64,000 nt of DNA from the human T2T-CHM13v2.0 reference genome, Homo sapiens. The stretch is taken from NCBI RefSeq assembly GCF_009914755.1, contig NC_060938.1; one strand, written 5' to 3'. This document shows positions 32,188 through 59,248 of this stretch, piece after piece. Positions within the stretch are counted from its first letter, which is position 1, and every line of letters starts with the position of its first letter. The notes under the pieces were generated by a model that was not told where the DNA came from, made no database searches, and worked only from the letters and a program-made list of their open reading frames with translations. A program made the translations under genes and the position numbers.

Positions 32188-35100
32188 TTACTGTTCTTCA
32201 GAAATGAGAGTGACTTTAAGGGAAGTAGTGGGGAGTACTTGTGACTTCCAGGAGGAAGAAGAGAGATTAGGCTGGTTGTCCGATGGGCACAGCTTTATTC
32301 TGGAACGGTGAACCCAGTGGGGAGGATCCTGCAGGCGGACGGCAGTTGGGGTACTATAGATGACTAAGTAGGGTCCAGTCCATCGAGGTTGTAGAGTTTG
32401 AGGGGTCAGGTTCTTAATAAGAACTGATCGTCCAGCTAGGGTGTCTTCATATAGTTGGGAATCTGGAGTAGACAAGAGAAGATTAGCAGCCTGGTGGATT
32501 TCCTGTCTAGCCTGCCAGAGGACTGGAAGATAGTCGCCTAGAGGGCTGGTGTCTGGAACGAGGTTGGGGCTGAGCAAGAAAGTGCGTCCATATAAAAGTT
32601 CAAATGGACTGTACCCTGTAGCTTCTCGAGGACGGGCTCTAATTCTGTGAAGGGCAAGAGGTAAAAATACTGTCCAGTCCTTTTTAAGTTGGAGGCTGAG
32701 CTTGGTGAGATGTCTTTAAAAGACCATTAGTCCGTTCTACCTTTCCTGAAGATTGAGGACGGTAAGGGGTATGAAGGTTCCACTGAATACCAAGAGCCTG
32801 AGAAACTGCTTGGGTGATTTGACTAGTAAAGGCCAGTCCGTTATCGGACTGTATAAAGGTGGGAAGGCCAAACCGAGAAATTATTTCTGACAGAAGGGAA
32901 GAAATGACTGTGGTGGCCTTCTCAGACCCTGTGGGAAAGGCCTCTACCCATCCAGTGAAAGTGTCTTCCCAGACCAAGAGGTATTTTAGTTTCCTAACTC
33001 AGGGCATGTGAATAGAGTCAATTTGCTAGTCCTGGGTGGGGGCAAATCCCTGAACTTGATGTATAGGGTAGGGAGGGGGCCTGAATAATCCCTGAGGGGT
33101 AGTAGAATAGCAGATGGAACACTGAGAAGTGATTTCCTTGAGGATAGATTTCCATGATGGAAAGGAAATGAGAGGTTCTAAGAGGTGGGCTAGTGGCTTG
33201 TAACCTACATGGAAGAGGTTATGAAATGACAACAGAATAGAATGGGCCTGTGAGGCTGGAAGGAGATATTTTCCTTGGTCTAAGAACCATTTGCCTTGTG
33301 TGGGAAGAGATTGATAGGTGGAAGTTTCAGTCGGTGAATAGGTGGGAGTGACTGATGAGAAGAAGAAAAACTGGCCGTGAGGGACAGAAGTTAGAAAGCT
33401 AGCAGCTTCTTTAGCTACCTTATCAGCATAAGCATTGCCCTGAGCGATGGGATCTGATGCCTTTTGATGGCCCTTGCAGTGAATGACTCCAGCTTCCTTT
33501 GGAAGTAAAGCGGCCTTGAGAAGAGTTTTTATTAAGGAGGCAATAATGATGGAGGACCTTTGCGTACTGAGGAAACCTCTTTCTGCCCATATAACAGCAT
33601 TGTGGTGCAGGATATGGAAGGCATATTTAGAGTCAGTATAAATATTGACATGTAGTCCTTTTGCAAGAGTGAGGGCTCGAGTTAAGGCAATGAGTTCAGC
33701 TTGCTGAGAGGTAGTGGAGGGGGGCAGAGCGGTAGCTTCAAGGATAGATGTGGAAGATACTACTATAGCATAGCCCACCTTTGCTGGTGAATGGCGATTA
33801 GGCCAGGTGGAACTGCCATCAATAAACCAAGTGTGATCAGGGTGAGGAATAGGAAAGAAGGAAGTATGGGGAAATGGAGTGAATGCCAGGTGGATTAGAG
33901 AGATACAGTCATGGGGGTCAGGTGTGGTATCAGGAATAATGTGGGGGCTAGCCTAAAACAGTAAGGTCAAGTTGTTTGGACAGAAAGGCTACAGGGCATG
34001 GTCCTGGCTCTTGTGTAAGAATTCCAACTGCACAGCCCTGCATTTCAGCTGTGTGTAATGAAAAAAGGGTTGGGATGAGTTAGGGAGAGCTAGTGTGGGA
34101 GCAGCTTTTAGGGCTGTTTTTTAAGGAATGGAAAGGGGAGTGGGGAAAGGATTTAGGATTTATGAGGTCAGCTAGGTTTGCTTTTGTGAGTTTATATAAT
34201 GGTTTTGTTAGGATGGCAAAACCAGGTATCCAAAGGCAAAGGTATCCAACCATGCCCAGGAAGGAAAGGAGTTGTTGTTTTGTAGAAGGTGTTGGGGTTT
34301 GAGAGATCAGTCAGACATGATCAGCAGGGAGAGCACATGTGTTTTTATGAAGAATTATACTGAGGTAGGTAACGGATGGAGAAGAAATTTGAGCTTTGGA
34401 GGGGGACATCCGATATCCCTTGGAGAATAAATGTTGAAAAGTATCTTGTTGAGAAGATTCAAAGGAGGGGCTACAAAGTAGAAGGTCATCAATATATTGA
34501 ATAAGGTGAGAAGCGAAGGGATGGAAAGAAAGTATATCATGAGAAAGAGCTTGGCTGAAGTAATGAGGGCTGTCCCTGAAGCCTTGCGGCAGTACAGCCC
34601 AGGTAAGCTGCTGGGACTGATGGGTGTCAGGGTCAGTCCAGGTAAAAGCAAAAGAGGCTGGGATGAGTGGTGTAGGGAATAGTGAAAAAAGCATCTGTGA
34701 GATCAAGAACGGAATAGTGAGTTGTGGAGGAAGGTATTGAGGACAAACAAGTGTATGGGTTGGGCACCACAGGGTGGATAGGCAAAACAATTTGGTTGAT
34801 AAGATCCAGATCCTGAGGTAACCTGTAAGACTTGTCCGGTTTTTGAACAGGTAAAATGGGAGAATTGTAAGAAGAGTTTATAGGTTTTAGAAGCCCATGC
34901 TGTAGCAGGCGAGTGATAACAGGCTTCAGTCCTCTTAAAGCCAGTTGTGGGATGGAATAGTGGCATTGAGCCAGGTAAGGGTGATTAGGTTTTAATGGGA
35001 TAGTAATGGGTGTTTGATCGGTTGCCAGGGAGGGAGTGGAGGTGTCCCATACTTGTGGGTTAAGGTTGGGGGATACGAGAGGAAGAGGCGAAGGAGGCTT

Positions 35101-35457
35101 TGGGTTGGGAAGAAGGGTGGCAATGAGATGTGGCTGTAGTCCAGGAATAATCAGGGAAGCAGATAATTTGGTTAAAATGTCTTGGCCTAATAAGGGAACT
35201 GGGCAGGTGGGGATAACTAAAAAAGAGTACATAAAAGAATGTTGTCCAAGTTGGTGCCAGAGTGGGGGAGTTTTAAGGGGTTTAGAATCCTGGCCATCAA
35301 TACCCACAACAGTTATAGGGGCAAAGGAAACAGGCCCTTGAAAAGAAGGTAATGTGGAGTGGGTAGCTCCCATATCGATTAAACAGGGGATGGACCTACC
35401 CTCTACTGTAAGAGTTATCCAAAGCTCAGCATCCGTAATGGTCCAGGGGGCTTCCAA
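32188..35457 (-). pseudogene. HERV-H pro-pol remnant (protease, RT, RNase H, integrase)
   Basis: Protease LID(M)GATHS and LLGQDIL. RT LPQGFRDSPHYF and YIDDLLL. RNase H QQAELIAL, IYTDSKY and IHCKGHQ. Integrase core DTFTGWVEAF/SDNG/PQSSGKVER and C-terminal WTGPY. Split across several frames. Confidence 0.92.
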
Positions 35458-35472
35458 GGCGATCAGGCAGCA

Positions 35473-36725
35473 TCAGTCTTCAGCTGCTAAGCTGAGAAGA
35501 TCTGGGAAGGAGTCAGTCAGAGAGCCTTTGGCCAGAGTTCTAGGGGCCCTGGGAGTGGCTGCCGGGTTGGACAGTCCGATTTCCAGTGGGGTCCTGCACA
35601 GATGGGACATGGCTTAGGAGGAATCCTGGGCTGGGGGCATTCCTTGGCCCAGTGGCCAGATTTCCGGCACTTGAAGCAAGATCCTGGGGTAGGCAGTCCT
35701 GGAGGAATGCCTGGCCGCTGCAGTTCAGGCATTTGGAAGGTCTTGTGTGCTGGAGATGTGGCTGGGGTTTGTCTCACAGTGGAGGCAAGGAATTGCAACT
35801 CAGAAATACGTTACTACTTGGCTGCCTCTACTCTATTATTGTACACCTTGAAGGTGATGTTAATTAAGTCCTGTTGTGGGGTTTGAGGGCCGGAATCTAA
35901 TTTTTGGAGCTTTTTCTAATGTCGGGAGTGGGTTGGGTAATAAAATGCATGTTGAGAATAAGACGGCCTTCTGGCCATTCTGGGTCTAGGGCGGTAAAGT
36001 GTCCAAGGGTTGTTGCCAAACAGGCCATGAACTGGGTTGAGTTTTTATATTTGATGAAAAAGAGCCTAAACGCTAACTGATTTGGGAGAGGTCAGATAAA
36101 GAAAAAGGAGCATTACCCTTGGCTATGCCTTCAGCTCCAGCCACCTCTTTAAGAAGAAATTGTTGGGCAGGTAGGGGAGGGCTAGTCACAGAAAGAAACT
36201 GTAAGCCAGACACGGTGTGAGGAGGGGGTGATAAAAGGATTATAGGGTGGGGGACCGGAGGCTGAGGAAGAATTGGGACCTGGCTCAGCCTGGTGAGGAG
36301 CAGCCTGGGGAAGAGGGGAGAGGTCAGATGAGTCCATAGAAAAGGAGGATTCAAAGGACTCGGAGCTTGGGGTGGAGACTGAAGGAACAGACAGGAGAGA
36401 AAGAAGAAAGATTTGGGATGAGTCGCACTGGGAGCAGAGACTAGGGAGGGACCAGTGTGTAAAAGAATGCCTGGATCTGAGGCACCTCAGACCATTTGCC
36501 CATTTTTCAACAAAAATTATCTAGATCCTGTAGGACAGACAAATCCAAAGTGCTATTCTCTGGCCACTTGGAACTACTGTTGAGTTTGTATTGGGGCCAA
36601 GCGGTATTGCAGAAGAAAATAAGGCTTTTAGGTTTTAGGTCAGGTGTGAGTTGAAGAGGTTTTAAGTTCTTGAGAACACAGGCTAAGGGAGTAGAAGGGG
36701 GAATGGAGGACGGAATGTTGCCCAT
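35473..36725 (-). pseudogene. HERV-H gag remnant
   Basis: Matrix start MGNIPSSIPPSTPLACVLKNLKPL...FFCNTAWPQYKL. Two CCHC knuckles, CFKCRKSGHWAKEC and CPICAGPHWKSDC (ORF 35517-35798). Broken by stops and frameshifts. Confidence 0.88.
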
Positions 36726-37228
36726 AGTGAAGGAAGTAAGTTTAAAGAGAAAGGTAGAGACACGGAGAAGGGGGTGGGTGAGCAGCCAAAGCAGGCGTCC
36801 CCGCAATTGACTTGCCACCAAGGGAATGTGGGTGAATGACCAAGACAGGCACCCCCACGGTGATCAGACACCAATGGAGTGTGGGTGAATAATCAGGCAG
36901 TCGTCCCTGCAGTGATTAAACACCAAGAGAAGACTGTCTTCTTGAGTCCGTGACCAGCGCCGGAATTTTGGGTCCACGGATAAAATGTGTCTCCTTTGTC
37001 TCTACTAGAGAGGAAAAAGAACTGGAATTGGAAGGACAGGGAGATTGAAGGGTAGCGAGAGAGGGAGATTGAAGGGTAGCAAGAGAGGATGGAAAAGACC
37101 GCTTACCCGATTTGAAATTCATGAGATGTTCCTTGGGCTGGTTGGTCTGAGGACCCGAGGTCGTAGGTAGATCTCCTCACGGAGTGAGGGCAAGGACAGG
37201 GGACCCGTCTCCTGAAGGAGTCCTCCTG

Positions 37229-37247
37229 TCCCGGGTCTTCAGCACCA
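37229..37247 (-). other. Retroviral primer-binding site, tRNA-Phe-like
   Basis: TGGTGCTGAAGACCCGGGA, 2 nt after U5. Closer to the tRNA-Phe complement TGGTGCCGAAACCCGGGA than to tRNA-His TGGTGCCGTGACTCGGAT. Confidence 0.75.
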
Positions 37248-37249
37248 AA

Positions 37250-37325
37250 TGTCACACGCGTCCATGTGAAGAGACTACCAAACAGGCTTTGTGTGAGCAA
37301 CAACGCTGTTTATTTCACCTGGGTG
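37250..37325 (-). mobile_element. HERV-H 5' LTR remnant (end of R plus U5 only, 76 bp)
   Basis: Aligns ungapped to 29252-29327 with 8 differences in 76 nt. Similarity stops abruptly after 37325. Followed directly by the PBS. Confidence 0.9.
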
Positions 37326-37644
37326 AAAAAGAATGAGACATGTAAGTATCTGCGAAAGAGCAATCCAGGCAGAAAGAAACAAATACCTTGAGGCAGCAGA
37401 ATCCTTGGCAGGTTAGAAAATTAGAAGGAAGGTAAGGATAGCTAGTGCAGAAAATTAGAAGGCAGGCAAGGATGGCTAGTGCAGAAATTAAGTAATTAAC
37501 ATAAAAGCTATGTCCTAAAAGTTTCTCATGGGGGATTTCTTTCTGTGAGATGGACTGTGACTGAAGAAACTTAATAAATAATGTGATAAATAATGTGATG
37601 TGATGTCTTGGATGTGCTTCAAAATAATGGAAGTTGACTTTGCT

Positions 37645-37647
<3 letters not shown>

Positions 37648-37676
<29 letters not shown>
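37648..37676. repeat. (GT)14 microsatellite
   Basis: Seen directly. Confidence 0.95.
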
Positions 37677-39144
37677 GTGTCTGTGTGTTTGTATGTGTGT
37701 ATAATAGTGGTGGGATAGGTGAAACAAGAATTGTCAGGAACTGATAATTGTTGAAACTGGGTGGTGGGTACATAAGGTTCATTAAACTAGTCTTTTGCTT
37801 TTGCATATGTTTGAAATTTTTTATAATAAAAAGTTAAAAGACATACAAGTTTGATAGCATTTGAGCTGAAGACATCTCTTCCTTTTTCTGCAAAATATCT
37901 CAGTAGCTAATATGTTGCTCTTCATCACTCAATAAGCAGCAAAACCAACCCAGCACAATCTAACACAACACCTCAAACAGAGCCTGTGAACCTCAGTGGC
38001 TACAGGTGGTGGGATCGAAGCTGCCCAGCTGAAATTCCAAACCTAGGACAGTGGATAGAACAGGAAAAAAGACAAAAAATAACTATCAGCTGCAAGCTGG
38101 TTTCCATTACTCAAGCAGTGGGATCATCAATATTCCTCAAAGGAAAACAGTTCATCTGTTCTTTGTGTTTTTTTGAGACGGAGTCTCACTGTGTCACCCA
38201 GGCTGGAGTGCAGTCGTTCCATCTTGGCTCACTGCAACCTCCGCCTCCCAGGTTCAAGCGATTCTCCTGCCTCAGCCTCCTGAGTAGCTGGTATTACAAA
38301 CGTGCACCACCACACCCGGCTAATTTTTTGGCTGGTCTCAAACTCCTCACTTGAAGTGAGCCATCGGCCTTGGCCTCCCAAAGTGCTAAGATTACAGGCA
38401 TGAACCACCGCACCCAGCCAGTTCATCTGTTCTGAGAAAACCATCAAAATGAATTTATTTATGCAACTATAAAGCAAAGACTCAGTTTAAAGTAGACTTT
38501 AAAATTTAGTCTGATACTTTTCTGAATTTCTAAGCATTAGGCTTATGGTTGCCATTTTCTTATTAATTTTAGACATTACCAACTTATTGAAAAATAAAAG
38601 ATTTAGCACTCTTGTATTTCCCTTTATTTCCCTTCCTTCTGGGCTTTCAATATGATGATATCATAATTTTTGGTAAAGTAAGTAATCAGTGTTTACCTTC
38701 TATGACTATGTAAGTCTTATTCATTGCAGCTAAGTCAAATGTTGTACCAAGATTATATTGCCTTGATTTTTCTACCTTTTGTTCTTCCTGAAGTTAACAG
38801 ATTCCATTTTTTAAATTTGTACAATTTTCCATTACTACAGAATCTTTCTAAAACTTACCAAGAGAATTGTAAAGTGCTTCTGTTTTCAACAAAACATCAA
38901 GAATTCTATCGATTGGCTAGGCTCAGTTCGCTCTACCCAGGACTCTGTTTTCCTGCTCTACTCTACTCTGATTATTCTCTATGCCTTGTTTTCTTCCAAG
39001 AAGCTTGTCAGATCTTCTCTTTATTTCTGATGCTCTGAAATTAATAATGGTGTGCTTTGATGTGGGTTTGCTTTTGTTTCATACATTAAGCTGGGTACCC
39101 TGAGCCCTTTCAAAAAGGGCTTTTACTTCTGCGATTTATTTTAA

Positions 39145-39540
<396 letters not shown>

Positions 39541-40562
39541 TTAACCACACCTCCTGATTTCAGTCTACATCTAACCCCCACCTCTCAGGATACTTGTTGC
39601 TTTCCTTTCCTGCATATTGCTAGGAACTCTTTAACACTCAGTATTCAGCCTCCTGGTTCTGCTCATTCCTGCATCAACTTGTCATCCTCCAAAAAACAAA
39701 AAAAATGTTCGCATCTCTCGCCGGGTGCGGTGGTTCACGCCTGTAATCCCAGCACTTTGGGAGGCTGAGGCGGGCGGATCACCTGAGGTTGGGAGTTTGA
39801 GACCACCCTGACCAACATGGAGAAACCCCGTCTCTACTAAAAATACAAAATTAGCTGGGTGTGGTGGCCTGTAATCTCAGCTGCTCGGGAGGCTGAGGCA
39901 GGAGAATCACTTGAACCCAGGAGGCGGAGGTTGCGGTGAGCTGGATATAGCGCCATTGCACTCCAGCCTGGGCAACAAGAGCGAAACTCCATCTCAAAGA
40001 AAAAAAAAAAAATTAGCATTTCTCTTCTGTTGTTGTCTCACCTGGAAATGACTGCTAATTGTTCCCCAAAGTCTGTTCTCCCCTTCATATATAGTAATTG
40101 AGCCTCCACTTTTTACCTGGATGCATGACAGCCAAGATGCCAGTGCCCATATTGCACTCCCTCATCCCTTTACCACTTTTGTGCACACCAGCCAGCAGTC
40201 AGCAGACTGCCTCCAGGTTACTGGAGCCCATACTTTCCAGGTGCCCAGAGAGCTGAAATGCAACCTTATTCAGCCAGAGTTGAAAATTATGCAGCTTGCC
40301 TGTTCTGTTTTGGACAACTCTAAGATGTGAATATCCTGCCTCCAGACTGTCTGCAGGACTGAGGCTTTGCTTGATAGGCTCCTCTTGCTTGGCTTCCTTC
40401 TTTTCCTATTTCCACTTTCTTACTCCCCTATGCCCTTTCCATTTCCTCCTGGAACACTTTTAAAAAATCATTTTCAGCCAGGCACAGTGGCTCACGCCTG
40501 TAATCCCAGCACTTTGGGAGGCCGAGGCAGGCAGATCACCTGAGGTCAGGAGTTCGAGATCA

Positions 40563-40767
<205 letters not shown>

Positions 40768-40934
40768 TTAAATAAGTAAATAATCATTTTCATAGGAATC
40801 ATTATCTCAGGACCTGTAGGGTACTTAAGCTAAGATGCATGGCAACCCAGAATAAAAACCACCTTGTAGCTAGTAGTTGTCATGTTAAGTTCTGGCCAAT
40901 GTAATGTAAACGGAAGTAGTATGCACAACTTTGA

Positions 40935-41317
<383 letters not shown>

Positions 41318-41360
41318 TGATTGCTGGGCTGCAACATGAGCACCAACACAGCCATATTAG

Positions 41361-42254
<894 letters not shown>

Positions 42255-42280
42255 ATTATACAGAAAGAGCAGATTCCTGA

Positions 42281-42723
<443 letters not shown>

Positions 42724-43247
42724 TGAATGCATCTCCTCTCCTGGTCCCTGTGTTCTTGTGGGTTTATATATTTTTCTTTACTTTAACCTAGGTGAGATTT
42801 TGGAAGGGAGCAAATATAGTGATCAATCCTCTATATTTTTTATTGTGATAAGATATATATAACACAAAATTTTGTAACCATTTTCAGTTGTTAAATGGTT
42901 ATACGGTTCACCGGCATTAAGTACATTCACGTTGTTGTGCAGCCATTACAACTGTCCATCTCCAGAACTTTTTTCATCTTCCCAAACTGAAACTCCATAC
43001 TCGTTAAACAACTCCTAATTTTCCCCTCAACCATCCCCCGGCAACCACCATTCTACTTTCTGTCTCTATGAGTTTGACTATTCCAAAGATCTTATGTAAA
43101 TGGAATTATACACTATTAATCCTCTGCATTTGACTAGAAGCTCCTGGAAGATGTGTGAGACGGTGGCTCAAAGCAGTTAAATCTGGCCAGGTTAGGTGGC
43201 TCATGCCTGTCATCCCAGAACTTTGGGAGGCCGAGGCGGGTGGATCA

Positions 43248-43439
<192 letters not shown>

Positions 43440-44124
43440 TTAGGTGACAGAACGAGGCCCTGTCTCAAAAAAAAAGGCAGTTAAATCTTCTCTGGGTCTG
43501 GCAAAAGGGGTTTCAGTGTTGGAGACAGAGATGCCCCTGTGCAGAATTCAAACACAGCTTTTGGAAAAAATGGATCTGGAGAAGGCACGGAAGCAATGGA
43601 GGTGGCATAGAATCTGCTCCCTCCTGGCCTCCTACGCTAGTTTGAGCCACTTTAGAGGGGTGAAGAACGAGCCTTAGCAGGACTCTGGGCACAAGAGCTC
43701 CTTGGGGCCCATGTAGTGACATGTGGCTCAGGGCTGAGACAAGGGCCATTCCTCTCTGCTCAGCTTGGATTATAGTACCTGTCTGGTATTCAAGAATTTG
43801 ACATTTTCGGGCTTGGTATTTTCCATCTTATTTTTTTAACCAGGTTACTGCCAGTATGTAAAAAAGCTACTGGTTTTCTTTGATGGATAAATGAATAAGC
43901 AAAATGTGCATATATCATACAATGGAATATTATTCAGTTTTTAAAAAGAAGAAAATTTGGACGTATGCTACAACATGGATGAACCTTGACATGCTAAGTG
44001 AAATACACTAGTCACAAAAAAACCCTACAAATACTGAATGATTCCACTTATAGGAGATACTTAGAATCATAGAGACAAAGTAGAATGGTAGTTGTCAGGG
44101 GCTGGGGAAGGGAGGAAGGATAGG

Positions 44125-45130
<1,006 letters not shown>

Positions 45131-45707
45131 TTATTATGTTTCAAAATTTGTGCCCAATCCTAATTAAAGTTAAAATGAATAGTCAACCCTCATAAAATTT
45201 GAGGACAATATATTCCTCAATCAGTCTAGGTGGATTCCAATCACTACATTTGGATTCTGGTGTCCAGAGTTGGATAAAATGAGGAAAAGCAGCACTTAAA
45301 AATTTGATGTGCTTTGTTTGGCCCTCAGTATTAAAAATCAGTTGAGCAAACATTTATTTGACTTTTTTAAGGCAGCATTGTCTCTATTTTTTTTTAATAG
45401 AGATGGGGTCTCTTTATGTTGCCCAGGCTGGTCTCAAACTCCTGGGGTCAAGTGATCCTTCCACCTCGGCCTCTCAAAGTGCTAGGATTAAAGGCATGAG
45501 CCACTGGCACTGGGCCAGTTGAACAAACATTTAAAAAATATATTTCAAATAAAAATTTGGAATTCTTAGCTTCTCTTGGAAAAGACTGAGGATCCAGTAA
45601 TAATGGACCTTTTGGCAGGCAGTAAGCTGGAATAGAATATCAATGGACTGTGCTGGCCTGCGTTATTCATATTCATCACTGCAGCTGGTTAAGAACAATC
45701 CACACAA

Positions 45708-46020
<313 letters not shown>

Positions 46021-46054
46021 GCTATGAATTAACAATAAACACAAATTCAAAAGG

Positions 46055-51822
<5,768 letters not shown>

Positions 51823-51917
51823 TTATTTTTTTCCTTCTGTTTTCAAATCATTTCTGACAGTTTCTAAAGACATGGTCACAGCTGCCTGAAGCATGTCTTC
51901 TTCACTCATAGCATCAC
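51823..51917 (-). CDS. ATXN3: ATXN3 exon 11 coding part (third UIM, ataxin-3c C-terminus)
   Basis: Acceptor ttcccaacag|GT. Encodes (G)DAMSEEDMLQAAVTMSLETVRNDLKTEGKK-TAA, in phase with exon 10. Confidence 0.96.
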
Positions 51918-52029
51918 CTGTTGGGAAACAAAACCACATTTCTTTAAAATTTCCAGAAAATTCTCAAAGTCATCAAAAGGCAAGTTCTCAGAAAATGTAT
52001 TTCTATTTGAGCACGAGTTTCTTTTTTTG

Positions 52030-57640
<5,611 letters not shown>

Positions 57641-57773
57641 TCTCTCAACTTCTACTACTAATTGGCCAAAGTTTAAGACATATTTAAACCGAGACCTGGA
57701 AAGTAACTCTGCACTTCCCATTGTTATTTAGATTATACTCAAGTATTTTTCATTTTCCAGGTGGTAAAATGTG

Positions 57774-57779
57774 TTTATT
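57774..57779 (-). terminator. ATXN3: Probable intronic poly(A) signal for the ataxin-3a transcript
   Basis: First clear minus-strand AATAAA I found after the 3a stop, about 560 nt downstream and just past an Alu. Usage is inferred. Confidence 0.55.
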
Positions 57780-58339
57780 TTTCACCTACTAATATTCATG
57801 ATTTCTGGCCGGACGTGATGGCTCACGCCTGTAATCCCAGCACTTTGGGAGGCCGAGGCGGGCGGATCATGAGGTCAGGAGATTGAGACCATCCTGGCTA
57901 ACATGGTGAAACCCTGTCTCTACTAAAAATACAAAAAATTAGCCAGGCGATGTGGCGGGCGCCTGTAGTCCCAGCTACTCAGGAGGCTGAGGCAGGAGAA
58001 TGCCATGAACCCAGGAAGCAGAGCTTGCAGTGAGCCGAGATCGCGACACTGCACTCCAGCCTGGGTGACAGAGCAAGACTCCATCTCAAAAAAAGAAAAA
58101 TATCCATGATGTCTAAGGAATTTTTGGAGACTGTACAAATTACTGTGAAGTTTAAATTATTATGTTAAAGTATTCATTAAATGTTCTAGCAATCCTCTCC
58201 TGCCTTGGTTTCCCAAAGTGCTGGGATTACAGATGTGAGCCACCACATCTAGCTTTTTTTTTTTTTTTTCTTTTGGTAACTGCTCCTTAATCCAGGGAAA
58301 TTTAGTAGATTACAAATTTACTTAAGATTCTTAATATGA

Positions 58340-58443
58340 TTAAAGAGGGAATGAAGAATAATGTAAAGCAAAAATCACATGGAGCTCGTATGTCAGATAA
58401 AGTGTGAAGGTAGCGAACATGATGAATGGTGAGCAGGCCTTAC
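58340..58443 (-). CDS. ATXN3: ATXN3 exon 10 read-through encoding the ataxin-3a (2-UIM) C-terminus, long allele
   Basis: In frame (G)KACSPFIMFATFTLYLTYELHVIFALHYSSFPL, TAA at 58340-58342. The polymorphic codon at 58388-58390 is TAC, not TAA. Confidence 0.9.
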
Positions 58444-58518
58444 CTAGATCACTCCCAAGTGCTCCTGAACTGGTGGCTGGCCTTTCACATGGATGTGAAC
58501 TCTGTCCTGATAGGTCCC

Positions 58519-58589
<71 letters not shown>

Positions 58590-58604
58590 TGCTTTTGCTG
58601 CTGT
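58444..58604 (-). CDS. ATXN3: ATXN3 exon 10 (polyglutamine exon), 161 nt
   Basis: Acceptor tttcag|A, then CAG CAG CAA AAG CAG CAA (CAG)22, then GDLSGQSSHPCERPATSSGALGSDL. Donor CTAG|gtaagg. Confidence 0.97.
58520..58603 (-). repeat. ATXN3: ATXN3 (SCA3/MJD) CAG tract: (CAG)2 CAA AAG CAG CAA (CAG)22 = 28 units, normal range
   Basis: Counted directly: 22 uninterrupted CTG at 58520-58585 on the + strand, plus the six-codon interrupted leader. Confidence 0.97.
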
Positions 58605-58828
58605 CTGAAACATTCAAAAGTGAAGTATATTTAAAAAACAAAACTTAAAAGAATAAATACACCATGAGAAAAACTATTCATAAGGAAAATACATTGTTTC
58701 ACGAATCAAAGTAGTCACTGGTATTAAAAGAATGCAAGAGCAGTTAGTCTGATACAGATTACTTTAAAATATGGAAGTGCTGATCTTAGGAAATCTAGAC
58801 ATAAAATTTAAATTTATCAGACAAATTA

Positions 58829-59248
<420 letters not shown>

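Larger units (their letters stand above)
29252..37325 (-). mobile_element. HERV-H (H/F-type) provirus, near full-length and defective
   Basis: LTR7-type LTRs, PBS, splice donor at 37106, then gag, pro, pol, env remnants in retroviral order, and a polypurine tract (AAGAAGACAGGAA) before the 3' LTR. Confidence 0.95.

Noticed and set aside
58520-58603. Pathogenic SCA3 expansion
   Set aside because: 28 units is within the normal range.
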